The notes beneath the pieces were generated by a model, which did no database searches, had not been told where the DNA came from, and was given only the letters and a program-made list of their open reading frames with translations. DNA of 64,000 nucleotides from Eledone cirrhosa (taxonomy: Eukaryota): NCBI GenBank assembly GCA_964016885.1, contig OZ024744.1:86242001-86306000 (forward strand), written 5' to 3'. Positions 55,253 through 64,000 of the stretch are shown here, piece after piece. A program made the position numbers and the translations under genes. Position 1 is the first letter of the stretch; every line of letters begins with the position of its first letter.

Positions 55253-57160
55253 ATGTTAAACGCAGCGAACGAAAATAGTGGTGGGGGGACAGCGGTAAGA
55301 GTTGTAAGCTCGCACGCTTTAGTCCTCCCTTCCTTCCCAACTAACGTCATAGAGAAGGAAGGAAAAATTAAAATAAAAACGGACGAATCTGCGGAGAAAA
55401 AATTAAATGACGTAAACACAAATCTGGACTTGGATTCCAACAACGAAAAAAAAAAATTTGAAAAATTGCATGACAATACTAATAACACAAACAAAGACAC
55501 AACAAACAAAAAAATAACAGTTGAAAATAACACCATATCAGAAAACAAAGCAGACGACAAGATTTCATTTGCACAGAAAACAAAGAAATCTTTGACTTAT
55601 ATAGCGGAAAACATTTCAGATGTGGTACGAAGGATCACGGACGCCAAACAATACATAAGTGAAGGAGAGAATGGCATTTTATCGGTCAAAATGCCTCAAG
55701 AATTCACGAAAGACATTGAAAGCCGAACGGTCAAGTTTCGGACCATCAACAACAGTACAAAAAAACCTGAACAGCCTTCTCAAGCAGATATCAAAACAGT
55801 ACTCACAGAAGTACTGAATGAAACAACTTTCATAAGAAAAGACAGACTGTATGGAAGCCTAGCAATTATCATGAAGAACGAATCGGCGGCAAAAAAATGT
55901 GCTTTGTCACCGATTCGTTCGAAAAATTTCACCTTTTATCCATCTTATATGGGAAAAAGAACTCAGCGCATATGGCTGGATGCAATGATGCCAGATGTGG
56001 ACTACTGCTGGCTCATAGCTGGCTTCATCGATCCAGTGAATGACAACGTGATTTCCATTGGGAAAACCACAGGCAATGCGTTCAGTGGAACAGGTATAGA
56101 ACTGGTAGTACAAATGAAGCCTGAACGCATCGCCCAAATACCCGACAGAATCCTATTAGAGGACCACGGGTATATAAACATTAGCGTGGAGGGGGGAAGG
56201 CCGTCCTGCCATATCTGTGCAGGCAGAGGGCACCTGAAGGCCGCTTGTCCCCAACTCAACAAAAAGAAAACCCTGCTACCAACACCAGCTCCACCACCAC
56301 CACCACCACCACAACAGATAAACAAACAACAAAACTCAGTCCCACCCAACCTGTCCCTCAGTAAAACCACAACACCACCACAACACAAACAGTCACAACA
56401 CATTACCCCAAAACAAAATACAGGCCCACCCAGCCTCTCACTCAATAAAACAACACAACCACCGCAGACACAACACACAACACAGTCTAACATAGTGACA
56501 TCCATCTCCCCCACAAAGAAAACCAACACGGAAACATTACCAGCAAACATACCTCTTCCCTCCAACACTGAAGATAACCCAACGAATTCGGAGGAAGAAA
56601 CGGAGTCCTTCAGACAGATTAAAAGGAAAAAAAGAAAACATGTGCAAAACACACAAGGACAAACAACCCCCACCCAAATCTCAACACAATCCAACAAAAC
56701 AGAAAACACCCCTCCAGCAACAAACAAAACCAAACCTGCCCCTCCCCTCTTCGAAACACTCACACCATCGGAAAAAAAGACATTACACTATACTTACATC
56801 AACAGAAACAATAATAAATTAAATGAACTCATATACAATAATCCTTCGGTACAAACCGAAGGTGTAAACTTTGTTTCGTCAGAAAACTACCCACATTTAA
56901 AACTAATAAAGATCCCAATGAACCTCTACCAAAAACTAAAAAAGGATTTTAAGGAGGACGTAGGACCACCCTCTGTCAAACCCATAAACCGCGTCCTACT
57001 AAAAAGCTCTCCCCCTCCCCTTCCCCTCCCCAACACAACTCCAAACACCCCAACCCCACCACACACTGACGACCCCACACCACCACAAGACACCCCTTCA
57101 CCCAACACCCCCGACCCCATGGAAGTCGTGCAACCCGAACCCCGGGAAGCGGAAAGGTAG
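55253..57160 (+). CDS. LINE ORF1p (635 aa), CCHC zinc knuckle, Pro/Thr/Gln-rich C-terminal half
   Basis: Uninterrupted ORF; CHICAGRGHLKAAC; homologous to decayed 61340-63100. Confidence 0.88.
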   Translation: MLNAANENSGGGTAVRVVSSHALVLPSFPTNVIEKEGKIKIKTDESAEKKLNDVNTNLDLDSNNEKKKFEKLHDNTNNTNKDTTNKKITVENNTISENKADDKISFAQKTKKSLTYIAENISDVVRRITDAKQYISEGENGILSVKMPQEFTKDIESRTVKFRTINNSTKKPEQPSQADIKTVLTEVLNETTFIRKDRLYGSLAIIMKNESAAKKCALSPIRSKNFTFYPSYMGKRTQRIWLDAMMPDVDYCWLIAGFIDPVNDNVISIGKTTGNAFSGTGIELVVQMKPERIAQIPDRILLEDHGYINISVEGGRPSCHICAGRGHLKAACPQLNKKKTLLPTPAPPPPPPPQQINKQQNSVPPNLSLSKTTTPPQHKQSQHITPKQNTGPPSLSLNKTTQPPQTQHTTQSNIVTSISPTKKTNTETLPANIPLPSNTEDNPTNSEEETESFRQIKRKKRKHVQNTQGQTTPTQISTQSNKTENTPPATNKTKPAPPLFETLTPSEKKTLHYTYINRNNNKLNELIYNNPSVQTEGVNFVSSENYPHLKLIKIPMNLYQKLKKDFKEDVGPPSVKPINRVLLKSSPPPLPLPNTTPNTPTPPHTDDPTPPQDTPSPNTPDPMEVVQPEPREAER

Positions 57161-57193
57161 GTCTCTACACTCTCCTTTGGCTCTGCCGCCCAC

Positions 57194-60100
57194 ATGGATG
57201 TGTTAAGAGTAGGATGTTTGAATGCACGTGGCCTGGGCTCAACTTGGAAGCAAGCAAAGCTTCTAAATGACCTCAGGTCATGTAGTATAAATGTAATGGT
57301 TATCTGTGAGACTCGAATCAGCGTCGTGCGGCAGCTGGCCCCCACCTTCGATGACTTTGAGGTGCATGCATCTCTCTGTCAACCTGGAGGTGGGGGTGGG
57401 GTTGTCGTACTGCTGCAAACACACCTGGGTCTTGCCGTACAGGTTGTGCACTCGGACCCGGAGGGTCGTTTGTTGGTGCTAGACGTTGGCAGTAGTGAAA
57501 ATGCGGCCTTGAGACTGGTCGCCGTCTACTCCCCTTTCGGAGCTGAACGGCCCGACTTCTTCCAGCGTTTGGAGACTTTTCTGGGAACGTCGCGTTCCCT
57601 GCTTCTAGCGGGGGATTGGAATGACATCCTGGATGCACGTTGGGACTATGCAGGAGCATGTCCTAATAGAGGGGGGTGTAACAGCCTCAAGGGGTTACTC
57701 GACCGTTTTAACTTGGTCGATAGATATCGACTAGATTTTCTAACTGTGCCTACCTGGACTTGGAGAAACCACAGTGGTCAATCTAGATCGTACTTAGATA
57801 GATTCTTAGTTAGAGGTAAGGATAGGGACATATTAAGCTGTCCAGAAATGCGCGCGGTTGGCTACACGGATCACAAATTAGTGACCTGCGTGGTCAATCT
57901 CGAGAAAACACATAGACAGGGTCCCGGTTACTGGAAACTTAATTTGTCCTTACCGGCAAAAGAGACTTACAGAAACCGGATTAGCAGATTAGTTAAGGAG
58001 AGGTTGACGGGTGCAATCGTCAACAACCGATGGTGGGCATCTCTCAAAAGAGAGATTAGAACAGAATCAATAAGTTATAGCAAGATGTTAGCTGCCGATA
58101 AGAATAGAAACGAGAAAGAATTAACAGGTAAATTAGAAGAGGCAATCAAGAGCGAAGATGTGGCCAGAGTGCTGGCATCGAGGACGGCCTTGAACCAGTT
58201 TTTCGATGCAAAGCACGAAGGTTGCGTCATTCGAAGTAAAATACGTGCTCTAAGTAATGAGGGGGCCAAAGCCGTTGGATGGGCCCGCGTGACAGAAGCT
58301 AAGAGTGGAAATCGATCCACCATCCGGTCGTTGCAAGACGAAGATGGACGGGTGATCCGGTAGCCTAAGCAGATGTGCGATGCCTTTCAAAGGCACTTTG
58401 CCCGATTGTTCGGGGGAGGCGAGGGTCCGGGCGGGGGCGTGGATTTCAGTCCATACCTCGACGGCCTGCCGCGTCTCTCGAGCGAAGAGGCAGAGTCCTG
58501 CGAGGGACCAATCTCGGCTGATGAGATCGGAGATGCGCTGAGCCAATGCAGCAGACGCAAATCTCCAGGTCTCGATGGTATACCTTACGAACTTTATTTA
58601 GCAATGCCGGTCTTCTTCTCCGAACTCCTCGAAGCGGTCTACTGCAATTGGCAGCAGAACGGGAGAATTCCTTGTTCTGTAGCCAAGGGCGTAGTCACGC
58701 TGGTGAGGAAGGACGAGAACAAGGGGGATAGTATAAATAATTTTCGGCCCATAACCCTGCTAAATACAGAGTTAAAGATTTTGGCCAAGGTGTTAGCAAA
58801 GAGGTTGGCGCTTGTCGTGGGTGGCCTGGTGGGAGATGCGCAGACATGTGCTATCCCATCCAGGTCCATTCACGATAACCTCCACCTCATGCGATACATC
58901 ATAGAGAGGGTTGGCAACAAACCCGGCTTCGGTGGGGCCCTGATCAACTTGGATCAGTCTAAGGCCTTCGATAGGGTCGACCATGGTTACCTGGATGCGG
59001 TGCTAGCGGCGGCTGGGTTCGGTCCTGTTTTCAGAGGCTGGATCACTGCCCTACATAGCAACCACATCTGTTCTAGGATCAAGGTGAATGGCTACCTTTC
59101 GAAGTCGTTCGAAATCACACGATCCATTCGACAGGGGTGCCCTCTCTCCTCCCTTCTGTACGTATTGACTCTCGAGCCTTTACTGAGGAAGTTGGAGTTG
59201 TTGCAGGGTATCCCCCTGGAACCAGGATTGAGCAAAGCGGTGTCGGCCTACGCCGATGACGTAACAGTAATGGTATCAACCGACTCGGAGATCGAGGCGA
59301 TCGGTACCTTACTGGAGGAGTACGAAAGGTTGTCAGGAGCGAAACTGAACCGGGAAAAATCCATCGGGCTGCAACTCGGAACGTGGAGAGGCAGACCGAT
59401 GCCTCCTGACGGTGTCGTCGGACACTGGACGGAGGGCCCGGTAAAGTTGCTTGGGGTCTGGTTTGGACCGGACCTCCAGGTGGAAAAGAACTGGAACGAG
59501 GTTACGAACAAGGTGTTTGCACTAACCCAGAAATGGGCCAAGTGTAAGCTGTCCCTAAAAGGCCGGGCGGAGGTGGCGAACATTTACATAGCGTCCGTCA
59601 CTTACTACCGCCTGACTGTCGTGCCTTGCTCTAAGGAAACACTCACCACCATGGAACGCATGCTCTTCCAATTTCTTTGGAAGAAGCGTCCTCCTATGGT
59701 GAGAAGATCCATCTGCTGCCAACAACCTTCGAAAGGAGGGCTGGGGATGCCGTGGTTGATGATGCGTAGGCACGCATTAAGGCTACGGCACCTACAGGTA
59801 TTCCTCACTGGTCAACCGGTGTGGGCTCCGTTCGTGAAACGAGCCTTTCCGAGACTCGTCTCGCTCACCGAGCTACAGTCCTGGGTCAAGCAAAGATCCG
59901 GAAAACTGGGAGACTGGCACACTGAGTGTGCTCAGGCGCTCAGGGCTCTCTGGCAAGCGGGCCGGGCCATCGGTGGAGAATCCACCTCAGCATTCTATAG
60001 AGGGCTGGTGGTTAGCAGGGGCGATGACACCCTTGGAGAGTCGCTGGACATGGAAGAAGACGAACTGGCCAGCCTGTTCGGTAGGACTTTCGGCCCAGGA

Positions 60101-60631
60101 CCAATGGACAACTTCCAGAAGTCACTGGCCTGGCAGTGCTACCGGGGGGCTCTACCCGTTCGAGAGAGGCTCTACAGACACGGGCGCCCGGGCAGGGATC
60201 CCTCAAAAAAGATTTGCCCTAGATGCGTGCGTCACGAAGAAACCGTTGCGCACGCATTGGTGCAATGTCCGGGCGTGGCTGATCTGTGGGGCTACGCCGA
60301 ACGACTGCTGTCGCGGGTGGCGCCGATTAAATTGACCGCCGAGTCCGTGATGACAATCAAACCGCCTCCTCTCTTCACAAAGGAAGCAAAGGCGGTTTTT
60401 CTGTGCGTAATAGCCATGTTGAAAGATGTTGTTTGGTGGACACGATTGAAAGGTCTGAGGTCAGGCAACTTCCTCTCTGGCCATAGTCTGGTCTACTTCT
60501 TCCGATATCACTTCGGAAGAAGGATAAGAATGGAGAGAGAGGTGCTTGGCCACAGGCAGTTTTATGAAAGGTGGGTGATAGTGGCGAGAATGGCTCGTGT
60601 AAATGGGCCTTCTCTGTATACCATCCTGTAG
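57194..60631 (+). CDS. LINE ORF2p (AP endonuclease, RT, CCHC) with one in-frame TAG at 58361-58363
   Basis: ORFs 57194-58363 and 58373-60631 share a frame; LNARGL, ICET, GDWN, LDRF, TDH, WKLN, RPITLLN, KAFD, RQGCPLS, YADD, CPRC..HALVQC. Confidence 0.92.
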
Positions 60632-60868
60632 GTAAAGAAGTAAAGGAGAGGGGAGCACCTTCTCCATGTGCTCCCCGGGCAAAGGATTGCACACTTTTTC
60701 GGGGGTGTGTGCAACCCCCATCACGTCCCCTCCCTTTTGAGGTTATTTTCGATTATTTTCATGTTACACCCTTTTTACTCGATTATATGTAAACTCCCCC
60801 TTTGTATTTGTCCCTTCTTTTTATGCCTTTATGGTAAATAAAGAAATCTATCTATCTATCTATCTATC

Positions 60869-61014
60869 TTTGTTATAAATTTTATTTTTTGTTATATTTT
60901 ATTTTATTTTTATATATTGTTATTGCCTCCTCCTTATTGAGGACGCCTTGTTTTGTAAACTCCCCCCATTGTTCTTGTCCCACTTTTGATGCCCTGGTGG
61001 CAAATAAAAGAAAC
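60869..61014 (+). mobile_element. Orphan 3' UTR of a related Tx1-like LINE
   Basis: TGTAAACTCCCCC..TTGTCCC..TTTT.ATGCC.T..TGG.AAATAAA parallels 60788-60846; followed by (TATC)n. Confidence 0.75.
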
Positions 61015-61015
61015 A

Positions 61016-61090
<75 letters not shown>

Positions 61091-61091
<1 letters not shown>

Positions 61092-64000
61092 GGACGTGCA
61101 GTAGATCGTTGGTAAGTTTTTGTAAAATTTTATATACAAAAACAGAATTTATTGCGTAAAAATTTATATTATTTGATAGATTAACACCTAAGCTGAATTG
61201 TCAGCTAGGTAGGAATCCCAGTTTTCGCCCCACAGGGCCGGAAATTTAATTTTTAGAAATTGACACGTTTTAGAACAGTTTCCTAACTTTAACAATGTGG
61301 GACTTACAGCGAGCAGAAAGGGGAAGAGAGAGATATAATCGTTATGTCTCCCTCTATTTCCATAGAAGTATCTATGGAGACAAACAACAACAAAACTTCG
61401 TTTCGTAAAGAAATAGATATTTATACAACAAAAGATGGAAATAACAGCCCACAACAGACACCAAAAAATACAGAAAATGCAGAAATTGAAACAATTGACA
61501 AAACTACACACGAAAAAACCAACAACAACAAAATTGAAAAACAACATTCGCACAGACTGTGATAAATAAAACAGAGTACAAACACATCGACATAAGCAAC
61601 TCCAAACAAATGTTGACCGATGCAAAACAATTCATAACCTTTGAAGAAAAGGGTGGGTTTCATATAAACTCACCCTTGCAAAATTAAACGAGAAACAGTT
61701 CGAAGGACAGTAACCTTCAGAACTGTTTCAAATCAAACGAAAAAACCGGTATTCCTCAGTCAAGGAGAAATGCAAATAACCTTGAACGAGGCTCTGCCGG
61801 ACATTGATTTTATGCAGAGGGCCAGATTATATGGAAGCATTTCGGTACATTTTAAAAGCGAGACCCTCGCACAAAAGCATTCTGTTACACCAGTCATCAC
61901 AAAAACACACACCTTTTTCCCTACTTAGATGGGAAAAAGAACTCAAAAATTTAAGATAAATAATATACCACCAAACATCAACATTTGGTGGATCTTGGCA
62001 GGTTTTATAGAGCCAGAAAGTGATATAATTCTTTCGGTCAGGAAGTCGCCCAGACAAAGGTGGGCAGGGACATATTTGGAAAATCTGATACAAATGACAC
62101 CCGAATGAATTTCCAAAATCCCCGAAAGAGTGCTGGTCGACAACCAGAACTACATCAACATCGTAACTGGGGGGGGGGGGGGGGCGGCGGCAGAAAGCCA
62201 CACTGTTTTCCATGTGCAAGCACATCACACCTAAAAGCCTCCTGCCCGTTACAAACAAATATTTAAAAAAAGTACTTTTACCAACACCAACACCAAAACA
62301 ATCACCACCACCACCACCACCACAACAACAGACAAAACGAGCAAACACACCAAAACAAACAGCCACTCAACCAACAGCAACAGAAAAAACACAGACAATA
62401 CACCTGAAGAACACAGCCCCACCCCATCCCTCTCCATCAAACACTACCACAAACACACACACAGAAACACCACCACCACACAACATACCCCTACCTCATA
62501 CTACTGACGATGATTATTCATCGACAGATGAGGCTGCTTCTCCTTCTTTAAGTGAAGAAGAAGGAGAGCCTCGGAAATCTAAAAAACAAAAAAAAAGAGA
62601 CACCACAAAACACCCCAAACTCCAATCACCAACACCAACACACAACCACAGACACAAACAACAACACAAACAACACCACGGTCAAACATCGCGCTATCAG
62701 CAAAACCAACACCAACACCACCCCAAACACAAGCACCCACCATAAAAAGAAAACTTCCCGACGAACAACAAACTAAAACAACACAACAAAAACACAAACA
62801 ACAATACGCATACATCAACACAAACAAAAAGAGTTTGATAGAGGTCATCTCCCAGAATCCCAAAGTGGAGACGGAGGGCAAAACTTTCGTCAAAGCAGAA
62901 TTGTCTCCACACCTTAAACTTATAAGGGTTTCTATGGAAACCTATAGTGACCTGAAAAATAAATTTTCACAGGACGTGGGCAACCCCTGCCAGAAACCCA
63001 TCAACCGCGTCCTATTAAAATGTTTCCTCACCCCACCCAACACCCCATCGAGCACCCAAATGGAGTTGAACAACCCGATCTCCAGGAAACGAAAAGGTAA
63101 GTGCACCTTTTCGTCCTTTTTCTCCAAATTTTCTTCACCAACATGGCTAGTTTACGAGTTGGAACTGTGAATGTGCGTGTCCTAGGGATGACCTGGAAAC
63201 AGGGCCAAATTTTAAACGACCTTAGGTCACACGGTATGGATGTGATAGCCATCACCGCGTCCAGGATCCACAACAGGTAGCATCTAACCCCCATCTTCGA
63301 CGACTTTGAGATCTACGCATCGCTGTCAGCCAAGGGGTGGAGGGTGGAGTCATGTTTCGAAGTACAGCAAGTACACTTGGACCCGGAGGGTAAACTGGTA
63401 GTCCTAGACGTGAACAGTATTGGAGGTGGAGCCTTCAGACTGGTGGCCATTTATGCTCCGACCTAGCAATCGCAGTCACGGCCAAACTTCTTTAAGCGTC
63501 TAGAGTCTTTTCTGGGAACATCTCGCTCCTTACTTTCAGTGGGGGACTGGAATGGTATCCTAGATGCACGATGGGACTATGTGGGAACATGTCCCAGTAG
63601 AGCGGGGTGCAACAGCCTCAAAACTTTAATCGGCCAATTCCAACTGGCCGATAGGTATCGACTGGATTTCCCGACTGCACCACAGTGGACGTGGGCAAAG
63701 GCAGCGGGACATCTAGATCGTATTTAGAAAGGTTCTTTATTAGAGAAAGGAACAAGATGTTAAGTTGTCCACGAATGCACATGGCTACTTACTCAGATCA
63801 CAAATTAGTCGTCTGCTTAGTCAACCGTGATAGAATACATAGACAGGGACCCGGATACTGGAAGCTGAACGTGTCGTTGCCGGACGTAAAGCTTACAGTG
63901 AACGGATAAGTAGACTAGTCAAGCAACAGTTAACGGGAGCCATCGTCAACAATAGATGGTGGTACTCTCTCAAGAAAGCAATTAGAATAGAATCGATAGG
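61091..64000 (+). mobile_element. Decayed L1/Tx1-clade LINE (5' UTR, ORF1, APE; runs off the window)
   Basis: CFPCASTSHLKASC, KPINRVLLK, GDWNGILDARWDY, YSDHK..GPGYWKLN; many stops and frameshifts. Confidence 0.92.

Larger units (their letters stand above)
55022..60846 (+). mobile_element. Full-length, near-intact L1/Tx1-clade LINE
   Basis: 5' UTR, ORF1, ORF2 and a 3' UTR ending AATAAAGAAA; (TATC)n on both sides. Confidence 0.95.

Noticed and set aside
56002-59808. Antisense ORFs over the LINE
   Set aside because: Shadow frames of GC-rich or low-complexity coding sequence.

Overview
AT-rich eukaryotic DNA made up almost entirely of transposable elements and microsatellites. The SINE families and repeat landscape suggest an octopod cephalopod, which is an inference and not a database result. 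No host gene is confidently recognisable. The window holds four L1/Tx1-clade LINE copies plus an orphan 3' tail; one copy is near-intact with a single in-frame TAG and is stacked head-to-tail with others in (TATC)n. It also holds two decayed Penelope-like elements (PLEs, Naiad-like), CRE-clade, R4/Dong-like and RTE fragments, about 25 tRNA-derived SINEs, hAT MITEs with 8-bp TSDs and a non-autonomous Helitron. The main signal outside the ORF track is about 17 type I hammerhead ribozyme (HHR) motifs from roughly ten unrelated short non-coding families, read by eye and mostly near (TA)n tracts. Several occur as fold-back palindromes or as tandem units of about 430-495 nt delimited by HHR cleavage sites. 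This points to a retrozyme-like or non-autonomous PLE system. All coordinates and structures were read manually; no folding or search program was run.
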